From assembly GCF_009914755.1 (NCBI RefSeq), contig NC_060927.1: DNA of 64,000 bases, one strand, 5' to 3'. Source of the DNA: the human T2T-CHM13v2.0 reference genome, Homo sapiens. Below are positions 29,498 through 42,650 of the stretch, piece after piece. Position numbers and translations under genes: made by a program. The notes beneath the pieces were generated by a model. It was not told the origin of the DNA, did not search any database, and saw nothing but the letters and a program-made list of their open reading frames with translations. How positions within the stretch are numbered: the first letter of the stretch is position 1; each line of letters begins with the position of its first letter.

Positions 29498-29570
29498 TAG
29501 ATTAAAGAAAGATTTGCCAACGGACTTATGTTGTATACAAATATAACATGGCAAATCTTTCTTTAATCTA
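29498..29570. repeat. perfect 22-bp inverted repeat (hairpin), 29-nt spacer
   Basis: TAGATTAAAGAAAGATTTGCCA (29498-29519) and TGGCAAATCTTTCTTTAATCTA (29549-29570) are exact reverse complements. Confidence 0.95.
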
Positions 29571-29621
29571 CTAGTTCTATTTACCTATAGTTCCATTATT
29601 TTTCTAAAAATGTACTGAATT

Positions 29622-29917
29622 GGCTGGGCGCGGTGGCTCACGCCTGTAATCCCAGCACTTTGGGAGGCTGAGGCAGGCAGATCACGAGGTCAGGAGATCG
29701 AGACCATCCTGGCTAACACGGTGAAACCCCGTCTCTGCTAAAAATAAAAAAAATTAGCTGGGCGTGGTGGCAGGTGCCTGTAGTCTCAGCTACTCGGGAG
29801 GCTGAGGCAGGAGAATGGCATGAACTGGGGAGGCTGAGCTTGCAGTGAGCCGAGATCATGCAACTGCACTCCAGCCTGGGCAACAGAGCAAGACTCTGTC
29901 TCAAAAAAAAAAAAAAA
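29622..29917 (+). mobile_element. AluY SINE
   Basis: GGAGATCGAGACCATCCTGGCTAACACGG diagnostic; TSD GTACTGAATT. Confidence 0.95.
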
Positions 29918-30045
29918 GTACTGAATTAAGGTCAGGTCACATTGAATGCTTTCAGAGTTGCCTACTTGAGCACTGCTGCTCCTACTTCTTGAGTTGTATG
30001 CCTACCAAATACCCACCTTATTGAAAACCAGCAGAGCCTTGATAA

Positions 30046-30397
30046 TTTTCTTTTATTTCAACAGTTTTGGGGGTTCAAGTGGTTTTTGGTTACATGGTTA
30101 AGTTCTTTTGTGGTGACGTCTGAGATCTTTGTGCACCAGTCACCCAAGAAGTGCACACTGTACCCAATATGTAGTCTTTATCCCTCAACCCCCTCCTAAC
30201 TTTTCCCTCCAAGTCCCCAAAGTTTATTATGTTATTCTTATGCCTTTGTGTCCTCATAACTTAGCTTCCACTGATAAATGAGAACATACAATATTTGGTT
30301 TTCCATTCATGAGCTACTTAGAATAATGGCCTCCATCTCCATCTAAGTTGCTCAAAAAGACATTTTGCTTCTTTTTATGGCTGAGTAGTATTCCAAG

Positions 30398-30451
<54 letters not shown>

Positions 30452-30764
30452 ATATATATATATTTTTTTTTTTAATCCACTCGTTGGTCCATGAGCACTT
30501 AGATTGGTTTCATAGCTTTGCAATTGAGAATTGTGCAGCTATAAATGTGTGTGCATGTGTCTTTTTCATATAATGACTTTTTTTCCTTTGGATAGATATC
30601 CAGTAGTGGGATTGCTGGATTGGTAGTTCTACTTTTAGTTCTTTAAGAAATCTCCATACTGTTTTCCATAGTGGTACTAATTTACATTCCCACCAGCAGT
30701 GTAACAGTGTTCCCTTTCATTACATCCACACCAACATCTATTGTTTTTTGACTTTTTAATTATG
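30046..30764 (-). mobile_element. L1PB-type 5'-truncated LINE-1 3' end with internal (TG)n(TA)n
   Basis: GTGGTTTTTGGTTACATGG...CACTGTACCCAAT; TTTATGGCTGAGTAGTATTCCA; CCAGTAGTGGGATTGCTGGAT; microsatellite at about 30400-30462. Confidence 0.9.
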
Positions 30765-30946
30765 AGTCTTCATTATTAAGAGAGTTCATTCCAAGGTCTT
30801 TTTTATTTATTGTTTTGATTTGTGCCCTCAAGCTGTAATGGCAGACAGGTAAAGACTGCAAATCCTTAAAGAAGAAAACAAATGGATATTAAAACAGAAA
30901 AAAGAGAAAATGCTAAATTGTGAAGAAGGTTAAAAGACAAGAGAGG

Positions 30947-31236
30947 GGCCGGGCACGGTGGCTCATGCCTGTAATCCTAGCACTTTGGGAGGCCAAGGCG
31001 GGTGGATCACCTGAGATCAGGGGTTCAAGACCAGCCTGGTGAAACATTGTTTCTACTAAAAATACAAAAATTAGCTGGGTGTGGTGGTGGACACGTATAA
31101 TCCTAGTTACTTAGGAGGCTGAGGCAGGAGAATCTCTTGAACCCGGGGAAGAGGAGGTTGCAGTGAGCCAAGATTGTTCCACTTTACTCCAGCCTGGGCA
31201 GAAGAGCAAAACTCTGTCTCAAAAAAACCAAAAAGC

Positions 31237-31270
<34 letters not shown>
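30947..31270 (+). mobile_element. AluS SINE with (CAA)n tail
   Basis: GGCCGGGCACGGTGGCTCA start; full dimer; tail has become a CAA trinucleotide repeat. Confidence 0.94.
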
Positions 31271-31271
<1 letters not shown>

Positions 31272-31529
31272 GAAAGAGGGTGATATAAATAGAAACCAAA
31301 GAAGAAATAAAAGAGTAAAACAAAAAAGATTGGTGACAACAGGAACAGTGTATTTAACCATGTTTCCTTAGATTAAGATTTCCTTCGTGTTTTTTACTCT
31401 TGCATCATTAAAGTTCTAGTCAATGAGAATGGCATTATCCTGACACTTCTTTTATTGTAATTTCTAATCTTCTACAAAGGTGAATGGGTATCTGGATATA
31501 GCAAATTACTTAATTTGTTTTCTATAATT

Positions 31530-31690
31530 ATAATAGCTAACATTTATTTAGCACTACCTCTATGTTAGGCATTATGCTTTGTGCATTATGTATGAATTCA
31601 TTTGATCCTCACGACAGTGTACAAGGATACCCTATTATAATCTCATTTTACCATTAGGGAAACTGAGGCAGCCAAACATTTGTGATCTAT
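31530..31690 (-). mobile_element. MIR SINE fragment
   Basis: AATAGCTAACATTTATTTAGCAC...TCATTTGATCCTCAC...CTCATTTTAC...GAAACTGAGGC. Confidence 0.72.
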
Positions 31691-33758
31691 TCACTGGAAA
31701 CTCATATTCCCATCCCACCAAACACTTACAGATATCTGGTTTTATTGTAAGCCTCAAATTGCAGAGAACACATTATTTTAGATTTTATTTGCCTTTTGGG
31801 CCAAACACTTCTTAAACTCAAGTTCGAGAAGAGAAGACTCCCTCAAGGGTCTGCAGTAGATAGACTGATGGAAAATAAATCCTGGAGCTTAATTTAGGTT
31901 TTCTGATCTGCAGTTCATTGCCCTCCATCACTAAATTTTGGGGCAGGTCAATAGAACCTTAATCATAACCTTGATACATTTTACATTAATGTTCAAATCC
32001 ATGTAACCATTGCACATTTTCAGCTTTCAAATTTTCACGTGAATCCTGGAAGTAATCTGCATGTTGAGTCAGATTCTTTTATAGTACCTAAAAGTGAGCC
32101 ATTGTTTCAGCACATAGGAAACTCATCTTAGGCCAGAATTTTTCCCATGTCTGAGAGACCACAAATGTATATTTTTAAGAATGATTTGCTCCATTCCAGG
32201 CAAAACCTATATTTTAATCTATTTGCATATGTAGGTCATGGCTAAAACCCAGTTTATAGTGGTATCATTAAATTGTATCTGTATCTGTTAGCAGTAGTGA
32301 AGAATAATCATCTATTAGAAGAATTAAAACTATCAACCTTAAAAATATTGAACTTTTATCAGAAAATCTCATATCTGTGGCATTATCCTGCCTGAGAAAT
32401 ATAAAGACATTATGATGACTGCAAAAGACTAAAACATGCAATTAAAAATTTAAAAATAAAAATGTAAACACAATTGTTATTGATACATTTACTACTGGTT
32501 TTCCAGTATTTAGGGGGCACTGTTAATATTTCTTTACTTAGAAGTGGAACAAAATAACATTGTTAATAATGCATCTGCTCTATTTTGTATCTAGGAATTT
32601 AACATAAATGTAAAGTATTTTTCCCCAGTCCATTGGTCTTGCATTATAAAAGTTTTCCAAAATTAAGTTTACTTTTTTAACATTTAAAAGCAGGCTAATG
32701 ATAGCAGCTAATAGGGGGAAAATTGTATGTTTAAAAGGTGAATATTTTTCAATTTCTTCTATAAATATTTATTTTTAGAATTGTCTTTCTGTAATGTACA
32801 TGCTTTTCTTAAGAAACCTTGGCCTTGACATTTATTAGATTTATTTGAACTGTATTAGCTTTTGTGTACTCCAATTTACTGAAGAAAGCATATTTCTTAC
32901 GGTGCTTTTCATAAATCCATCAGTTATTCATAGGCTAACCCCTTAATTAGTGCCACTGTCCACATTATTCTCTGATATTAAAACAGTATGGTAGCTTTAT
33001 CAAAATAGCAAAGAATTTAATTGAGGGTAAGAGATGTTTGTGGAATGCTAAATACAGTTGTAAGTCCTGAATTGTACCTGATAAGTAGTTGCAGTAGCAT
33101 TGGCTAATTAACTACTGAAAGTGCATATGTAATGTTAACTGAGACTGTTCAAACTTTGGACACAGACATTTTTCAATATTAAAGTTATTAAACTTCTCAA
33201 TATTAAAGTTATTAAACTACATAAACATAGATAAACATATATATAAAAATTTTGCTTTGTGGGCTTTATTAGACTTTGCAGGCGGATACAACAATACTTT
33301 CTTACTCCAAATGGAGAACTTCTAGTTTTAGTCTTAATTACCTTTTCTTGGTGTGCCAGATAGGTATATTTGAAAAAAGTAATAATAGTAAATTAGCTTT
33401 TAACTAAGAAATCAGAAGGATCTAGTGTCTATTAAAAGAAATGTAAATTAATTCTCCAGTTCACTGATCTGCCTTAAATCTAAAATATAAATAAACTTCA
33501 GCTAGTAGCTCAGTTCAATTTAACATTCATTTATTGACCACCTTTTATGAACCAGGTTCTTTGTTAGGCTCTGGAGACAAAAAGAGAAATAAGACATGAT
33601 TCTTGTCCTTGAGGAACATTCAGTTCACCTAAGAAAGACCGATCAATAATTGCATAATGTCAGTACAGTGTGCTACTGCAATAGAAGTATATGCAAGTCT
33701 ATGCTCAGCCTGAATAAACCATATGATTCTTTTTGAAGCTTTGCTAATATTCTATAGA

Positions 33759-33890
33759 GCAGGGGTTGGCAAACTTTTCTGTGAAGGGCCAGATAGTAAA
33801 TATTTTCAACTTTGCTGGGCATACAATTTCTGTCACGAGTACTCAAGTCTTTCAGGGTGGCTCAAGAGTAGCCATACATGATAAATAAAA
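33759..33890 (-). mobile_element. MER58A fragment (hAT-Charlie)
   Basis: CAGGGGTTGGCAAACTTTTCTGTGAAGGGCCAGATAGTAAATATTTT. Confidence 0.8.
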
Positions 33891-34424
33891 GAATTAACGT
33901 GGTGAAGCCATACCAACCTCCAGTGTATGCCAACCAAGTAACTGGTGCCTGCTACTGGGACTGGACCTTTAACCTATTTACCCTTTCCATCACACATACT
34001 TTATTCTTTCTTCCTTACTCTCTGTTTTCTTCTCGTTATTTTTTCTTTCCTATACTGATTTGAAGCTGGAATCCATAATCTTAATTAGTCATGCTTAAAG
34101 TACTAAAATCAGATTTCAGTCACTTATTTTATAAGAACTGTGCATCAATATTAACACCAACCATTTAAAAATGTTTTTGTATGCAGAGCATGCTCAAGTA
34201 TATTATAACTCACTTAATCCTTAAAACTACCATGAGAGGTAAATATTATTTTCTTTTTACATATATAGAAACTTGACCTTAGAGAGGCCAAGTGGTTTGT
34301 TGAAGACTGCACAGCTAGCAGAAGACAGGAAGCAATATGTTAATTGTACTATATCACAGAAATGACCTTTAAAACACTGCGGCATGCGCAGAAAACTCCA
34401 GTCCCATTTATGGGATCCATAGCT

Positions 34425-34540
34425 AGGGTGGCCAATTAACCTGTCATGGTTTGTTTGGAAGTGAGGGGTTTCCCAGACAGGAGACTTTCAGTGCTAAAAT
34501 GAGGAAGGTTCCAGTCCAACCCGGACAATTTGGCCACTAT
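34425..34540. mobile_element. MER81-like hAT-Blackjack MITE
   Basis: TAGGGTGGCCAA...GAGGGGTTTCCCAGAC...GACTTTCAGTGCTAAAA...TTGGCCACTA. Confidence 0.75.
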
Positions 34541-34566
34541 GTCAGTAGCCCCCAGTTCCTTGATTC

Positions 34567-34830
34567 CAGTGCTTTTCAAATTTCAATGTTCATAAGAATT
34601 ACTTGCAGATCATGTGAGCAAAATCCTGATTCAGACTCTGATTCAGTAGGTCTAGAGCCTGGGAATCTGTATTTCTGACAAGCTCTTAGGTAATGCTAGT
34701 GCTGCTCATCTGTTTACATTTTGAGTAGCAAAGTATCCTTGCCCCATCTTGGGGCTCACTCCAGATCTCATGAATCAGAATCTACATTTTAATATAATTT
34801 CCCAGGTGATTCACACATTCAGATTTAAGG
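34567..34830. mobile_element. two adjacent MER5A-family fragments
   Basis: CTCTGATTCAGTAGGTCTAGAG...GGAATCTGTATTTCTGACAAGCTC and GAATCAGAATCTACATTTTAA...TCCCAGGTGATTC. Confidence 0.7.
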
Positions 34831-35789
34831 AGCTCTATTCTGCTCCACTTCTGATTGGTGTAAAGGATTCTCATTTGGGCATATTTTTCTTGGTTTAAAT
34901 AGGCTTTCCTAATATGAAGGTAAAGCTGAATAACTCCTTTTGCCAATCTGAGTTATTTCATTCTTTTGGGAGTCCAGATAACTCTTTTCTTGACCATTTA
35001 CTTATCTGTTCATTCCTTGTTTTTCGTAATACCCTGGAACTTTCTTAAACTCAATTATGTAAGCTCAGTCTTGGGTGTTCATTTCTGTGCCTATTATTCT
35101 GCAAAAGAAAATTATTCCACGTGAAAAAAAAATCAGATGCTCAGCAATTTATTTTCAACTGTAAATTTGTTCATCAGAATATAGTACAGGTTGAGCATCC
35201 TAAGCTGAAAACCCCAAATCTAAAACTTTTTTAGTGCCAATCTGATGCCACAAGTGGAAAATTAAACACCTGCCCTCATGTATTATGTTACAGTCAAAAC
35301 ACATGCCTACAACAGTTTCTTTAGTGGGTGGCCAAGGAAAACAATAGACTCTTCCAGTCTCCTTCAGCTACAATGTATCTTTTCTGTGCACACTTAAATT
35401 TCCCTATGCAAGCATGCCCAAAATAGGTAATAAAATGGCATGTGTGCAGGCCACATGCACTAAGGGCAAGTTTCCCATGATACGTCCCATGTGGAGCCAA
35501 GACCTATGTGCATTGCCCATTACCTAAAAAAAATTTAGGTACTTTTTTTTGTTATTGTTGTTTTTGCTTATTCCCTGCTCTATGTGTAAAGATATTGTTG
35601 AAAAGGTCACAAAGACTTGCAGATACCCCTATGGGTAACAGTGTCAAGAAAAAGAAGAAGCATTTGTTTTATGTATAGCGCAGAAAGTCAGAAACTAGAC
35701 AGTGGTGGAGCAAGTGAGAAACATCTTATAGAAGATTATATTGTTCGAATGACCACTATATATGACCTAAAAAGCAAAAGGATGAACCG

Positions 35790-36625
35790 TTGAAGTTCCA
35801 TAATAAAAGTGATGAAGAGAAGTTAATGAAAAATAGAAAAACACTCCTTAAAGCTAAAAATGAAGATCTCGATCGTGTATTGAAAGAGCAAATCCATCAC
35901 CGTTGCAGTGAACCCATGCCACTTAATGATATGCTGGTCATGAAACAAGCAAAGATCTCTCACAATGAGCTGAAAATGGAAGGGAACTGTGAATATTCAA
36001 CAGGCTGGTTGCAGAAATTTAAGAAAAGACACAGCATTACATATTTAAAGATTTGTTGTAATAAAGAATCTCTGCTGATCATGAAGCAGCAGAGAAATTC
36101 ATCGACAAGTTTGCCAGGGTCATCACTGATGAAAATCTGATGCAAGAACATGTCTACAATGCTAAAGAAACATCACTGTTTTGGTATTATTGCCCTGGAA
36201 AGACACTAACTACAGCTGATGAAACAGTTTCCTACAGGAATTAAGGATGCCAAGGACAGAATAACTGTGCTGGGATGTGGTAATGCAGCAGGCATGTATA
36301 AGTATAAACTTGCGTGACAGGCAAAACCTTGCATCCTCACTCTTTCCATGGAGTGAATGTTTTATGAGTCTACTGTTATGCTCACAAAAATGCAAAGATT
36401 ACAAGGGACATCTTTTCTGATTAGTTTCATAAACATTTGTATTAGTCACCAGTGCTCACTGTAGAGAAGCTGTACTGGATGATATCTGCAAGACTTTTTT
36501 ACCTCTTGACACTTTTCTGCTCATCCTCCAGCTGAAATTCTCATTAAAAAATGTTTATGCCATGTACTTTCCTCCAAATGTGACTTCATTAATTCAACGA
36601 TGTGTCCAGGGTATACTTACAGCAG
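35790..36625 (+). pseudogene. Tigger transposase remnant (CENP-B-type HTH plus degenerate DDE domain)
   Basis: ORF 35790-36140 contains RKTLLKAKNEDLDRVL...STGWLQKFKKRHSI; downstream frames give VYNAKETSLFW, KDRITVLGCGNAAG, PLDTFSAHPP, TSLIQRCVQG; frameshifts and stops. Confidence 0.85.
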
Positions 36626-36639
36626 TAAGAGTAGATCTA

Positions 36640-36775
36640 GGTTGGGCACTGTGGTTCACACATGTAATCCCTGTGCTTCAAGAGACTGAGGCAGGATAAT
36701 CACTGGAGGCCAGGAGTTCGAGACCTGCCTGAGTTGTGTGGTGAGACCATGTCTCTACAAAAAACAACAAAAAAG
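36640..36775 (+). mobile_element. FLAM / Alu left monomer inserted in Tigger4
   Basis: Single monomer with GAGGCCAGGAGTTCGAGACC and A-rich tail. Confidence 0.85.
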
Positions 36776-37497
36776 TAAATACTTAATATAAAAGCACTTT
36801 CTTGAGCAGCATGCTAGCAGCAATAAACAGAGGCATAGGTGTGAGAGGTTTTCAAAAGGCATTTAGCATGAAGAATGTTATGTATGAAATTGACATTCAG
36901 AAACAGTGACTAAAGATGCAGTTGTATAATACATGCCACGTACAACCTCTGGCCTACCACTACGCTCAGTGGTAATGATGACTTTGAGGCATTCCATAAG
37001 TTAAATAAGAAAAAAATTGTGTCTGATCTCATTACATATGAAAAAAAATATACCTTCAGAGTCCTTCAGTAAACTGGAAGAAATAGATATGGAAGAAGCA
37101 ATTAGGCTGCAGTTGTTCATTCACCGATCAGTAGTGAAATAGTTCTGAATCAAAGTTATCATAATAGTGACTATGAAGATGACATCATTAACACTGCAGA
37201 AGAAGTGCCTATAGACAACATGGTGAAAATGTGTAATGGGCTTGCTGAAGGACTAGAGCAGTGTGCATTCACAACAGAACAAGCCATCTGTCAGCTTATA
37301 AAGTTCAAAAGAGACTTCGAAGACAGAAAACAACAATGAGACAGATGACTGGAGGAAACATTTTAAAAAGCCATCCAGCAGGATGCTTACTCCTCCCTAG
37401 TGGACCCAGTTCCAGGACCCTCACCTGCTTCTCATGTTTCTTCTCACCTAAGAAACACACAGAGTGTACAGTAACCTTTTAATCGAAACATAGCATT

Positions 37498-37779
37498 GGC
37501 CAGGAATGGTAGCTAATGCCTGTAATCCCAGCACTGGGAGGCCAAGGCAGGAGGCTCATTTGAGCCCAGGTGTTTGAGAACATCCTGGGAAACAAAGTGA
37601 GATGCTATCTCTATTAAAAATAAGTAAGTAAGTAAATAAATAAATAAATAATTAGCTGGGTGTGGTGATGCATGCTTGTGGTCTCAGCCACATGGGAGCT
37701 TGAGCTTAGGAGGTCGAGGCCACAGTGAGCCATGTTCACGCCTCTACACTCCAGCCTGGGTGACAGAGTGAGACTATTT

Positions 37780-37810
<31 letters not shown>
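37498..37810 (+). mobile_element. AluJ inserted in Tigger4
   Basis: TTGAGCCCAGG, GGAGGTCGAGGCCACAGTGAGCCATG J diagnostics; (TAAA)n linker; A30 tail. Confidence 0.92.
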
Positions 37811-37811
<1 letters not shown>

Positions 37812-38499
37812 CCAAAAACAGTATCATAGGTAGAGACTGAAAAGCTACCAGTTTTTGCGAGTGTGTGGCGTTTGTTTAACAGCTAATTCAGGTATTGTGG
37901 GGATGCTACTGTGCTAGTTACCTCAAACACATTATTTTTTCTTATTTTTTATTGGTATTAATGGTATGTCATATTTTTACGTGTGAGGAAGTATAAGAAA
38001 ATAATTGCTTATCGGTAGTATATGAATTCAGAGTCATGAATGATGGTAATGCCAAACAACCACAAGTTGTCCACGTAAGTGGCTCAGATAGTGACACTTT
38101 TGATTTCTGATGGTTCAATGTATAATAACTTTGTTTCATGCATAAAATTATTTAAAATATTGATATCATTATCTTCAGGTTATGTGTATAAGGTATATAT
38201 GAAACATAAATGCAGTTCTTGTTTAGACTTGGATCCCATCTATCTCTATTGTGTATATGCAAATATTCCAAAATCAAAAAAAAAAAATCCAAAATCCAAA
38301 ACGTTTTTGGTCCCAAGCACTTCAGATAAGAGATACTCAATCTGTATATAAAATTGTGACAATGGTAAATTACTGTTTCAAAATTCCTCCTCTGTGGCAC
38401 CTGAAAAACAGAAAACGAGTAAAATGAAATGTATTTGGAATAGGTACTTCCTCTTGCTAAAGTATTGCTTGAGTGTAATGAAAAGGTTATAGAAATTAT

Positions 38500-38730
38500 A
38501 CTGTCAGTTGTTATTTCTATGTTTTCACTATATGCCCGGCATTGTTCTAAGTAATTTACATTTTAAATCATTTAATATTCAGAAAAATCCTATGGGATAG
38601 ATACTATTATTATCCCCAATTTTCAAGTGAAGCAGCTGAGCAGATAAAGGTTAATAACTTATTCAAGGTCAAATAAGCTAGAAAGTGGTCAAGCCAGGAA
38701 TATAAATGACAGCAATTCAGGTCCAGTGCA
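38500..38730 (-). mobile_element. MIR SINE
   Basis: TATGCCCGGCATTGTTCTAAG...ACTATTATTATCCCCAATTTTCAAGTGAAGCAGCTGAG...TCAAGGTCA. Confidence 0.72.
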
Positions 38731-41032
38731 AACAGCACCTCACTAAGTGTTGACTGTATTTCACCCCTATGCTGGTTTCCTTCATACTGCTGACTACACT
38801 TTATAATAACCTATTTTTATTTTTACTTTCAATCTGCCTTCCTCTCAATGTCGAACCTCCTTGTGAAAAGGGATCACATTTGTCTGGCTCCCTGATGTGT
38901 TTTAAGTCCCTGAAACATACTAGGAGCTCAGTAAATATTTGTTAAAGGAATAAATAAACAATAAAATATTGTAAGGTCTGTAGTCTACACAAATGCAAAG
39001 TATAAGGGGCATAGAAGAGAAGAAGAGAAACTCTCTTCCAAAACACTCCTATATTATGAAATGTGACTGAATGTTGAGTGGATACTTTCACAGCATCTAT
39101 TGATTAAACATCCATCTGAGACAAATATAACAATTTGGAAAATATTTTTTAAAAAGTTATAAATAAATTAATCGGGGTGTACATACTTTGTTTTATTTTA
39201 GATTTAAGAGATCAAAAAGTTGCTTTTTTGCTTTGGCTTTAAAGCAGACTTTGGGCTTATTTGGAAATAATATTGCTGCTATCAGCCATCTTCAGAATAT
39301 TTAAAAATCATGCTTCCTAAGTTAATTTGTAAGATGTTGCAACAGCGTTTGTCTAAAAGCAGTAAATATGTTTCCAATATACTTTGAAATATTTACTGTG
39401 GTTACGATGTGCGCGGTAACAGCCTTAAATACCTCCTATTGAACTGAAATGAAATCTGTGCTTCAAGCTTGCCAGGTTCCTGATCATTATCACCTGTTCC
39501 TTATGGTTCCCACCTGGAATGCCTTTTCCCTTGACTAGGCCTGTTTGAGACCTTGAAGCTCTTAAAGGCCCACCTAAAATCCCCCATTTCTATGAAGCTT
39601 TCCAAGAGGACTCCAGTCATTCTGATAATTATCTCCTCTGTCGTCTGGCACTTTCACCACTCTCACAACCTCAGATGCCTTATTTTGGAGGTGGAGTGTT
39701 CTTTTGTTATTCCCTTTCTTTGTAAGTAATTCTTGTTTCTATATACTATACTTTCCTTAATGCAGCCAATATATTTTATATGTCTTACCATACCCAGAAC
39801 TGTACAAATAACAGATGTGCAGTAAATACTCTTTGAATGATTCATTTGATTGGAACATTATCTAAAGTTACCTGTGTGTCTTTCTGTCAAAGTTATGCAG
39901 AATGTTGTTTACTCCAGAACCTTTTCAAGCTCTTTAAACCTACTTCTAAATGCAGTTATAGCTGGTGCAAGTATTTTTTTTTCTTGTTTCTTTTTTTTCT
40001 TCTTATACAACATAGTTTCTTGTGATAGGGAGTTCGAGGTAGGAGGAAAGCAGAAAAAAAAAATTGTTTTTCTGCTAAGTGTATAGGGCCCTTGAGGTTT
40101 TTAACAGCCACCTCTAAGTCAGTTGAACAGATATTTTCACTGAAAGATAGGATGTAGTTTCTGAAATATTGAAAAGTTCCTTTGTCAAATTATTATTATA
40201 TTTACATTCAGTAAAACCCAACACATATTTGGACATACTTTTGTTGAGCCTTTTCTTTTTGGATGTTGTGAGCGTATGACTTATGCATTCTTATACGTAT
40301 ATAGCTTTGTAAGGAGGAGTATACAAGTTCCTTTATAAGTCTTTGATTTTTGACACTTAATTTTGTCATTGTAAAATTCCTATTTCAATTTAATCACAAT
40401 AATTGCAAAATTAACCTTATTCATAGCTCATTATCTTAATAGAAAACTAGATTCTAAAGGTAAGTAAATAATCTATGAATGCAAATTAAACATTCTGTGA
40501 TGGTTCTTCCCTTTCCCAAGCCTTGCACATGCCTAATTAATTTCTTTTATAGGATAAAAAAAAAAAAAAAAAAAAAGCTACTCTAAAGGCCAGAAAAGGA
40601 AGTGATGTGTATATAACCTATTGTAGTGCTAGTAAATTTTGGGTTAATTAACAAGTATCAGATGGAGACTTTAGAAGTAAGTAGGATTTTTTAAGCCAGA
40701 ATAGCTGGGAGAAATGGTTGCAGTTGTGTTGAAAATAGATTTACCAGTAGGCTATAGGAGAATATGTGAGGCTGACTTAGGTAGAAAACCCTGAAGGAAG
40801 AACAACCACATGGGCTATCTTCAGGCATGGGAGTAGAGTTGGGAAGATAAAGAGATCTCTGGTGAATATCCTAGTTCATTTTTTGTGAGGTCTAAAAATG
40901 GTTTCTGGCTAACCATCAGAAAGAAGGCCCCTGGGGCTATAGATTTAGTATGTCTGGAATGAAATTTGAGAAACTTCATTTTAGAAACATTTCCTAAAGA
41001 CTTTCAGATTATTGGCTAAACTTGAGAAGTAG

Positions 41033-41909
<877 letters not shown>

Positions 41910-42467
41910 TAATGAGTCCTCAGATTTCAAGAGGCCTGACCCCAGGCCAACTTTGGGACCAGTAATTCAGGCAGAAGTTTCTTATACTAAGTAAAGAGAA
42001 TCACATAAGCTCCCAATTTACCACTGGCCCAGGCAAAACCAGATCTTGCAGTGGTGGTGGCTTTGTGTTCAATTTTGAGGAACTTGACCTTCATGTTCTA
42101 GGCTATAGGGTAATATACCCTACAACGTTATAGGGTAAGGCAGGTTATAGGGTAGGCTAGGGTTTGGAGGTAATCAACCTTCTAGGATTCCTTGCAGTTC
42201 CATGTTTGGTCCAGCCATCATTTTTTGTAAAGAGATACTAGAAAATTATATTCCATACAGTGAGCAAACCGAGTACCCTAAGTTCAGTAAGATGCAAAGG
42301 AAAGGTTGTTTTGTTTTAAATAAATGCTGTATGTTTATCTTATTCCTTAAAAATAAGTCTTTTGTGAAAAAAGACAAATCTAAATGTAACATTTTAATCA
42401 TATTCATCTAATATGTAAAATCAATCTGATGATGACCATTTGCTAATGATAAATTTTATCTTTCTAG

Positions 42468-42650
42468 AGCAGTAGTTTTAAACTTTGGCTGTTTCAGAAC
42501 CACGTGGAGAGCTTATTAAAATATAGCTTGTTGGGCCTCACTCCCAAATCTCTGATTCAGATTGGGATAGGGGATAAGAATTTTCATTTCTAACACGTTC
42601 TCAGATGATGCTAATGCTGCTGGTCCACATTAATCTGAGAACCACTATCC
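42468..42650. mobile_element. MER5A DNA transposon
   Basis: CAGTAGTTTTAAACTTTGGCTG...CTCTGATTCAG...ATTTCTAACA...GATGCTAATGCTGCTGGTCC...TGAGAACCACT. Confidence 0.8.

Larger units (their letters stand above)
35187..38344 (+). mobile_element. Tigger4 (Zombi) pogo-like DNA transposon, apparently full length, decayed
   Basis: Terminal inverted repeats CAGGTTGAGCATCC... / ...GATACTCAATCTG with TA on both sides; about 2.7 kb after removing two Alu-family inserts; internal transposase remnants. Confidence 0.88.

Noticed and set aside
31107-31371. PolyQ / polyC ORFs
   Set aside because: Produced by the (CAA)n Alu tail; no gene context
39401-39420. GTTAC...GTAAC inverted motif with CpGs (RFX-like)
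   Set aside because: 10-nt spacer does not fit the RFX X-box; expected by chance
42104-42165. Repeated TAGGGTA motifs and small TACCCTA/TAGGGTA hairpin (telomere- or G4-like)
   Set aside because: Not TTAGGG repeats, irregular spacing and only a 7-bp stem; too weak to claim
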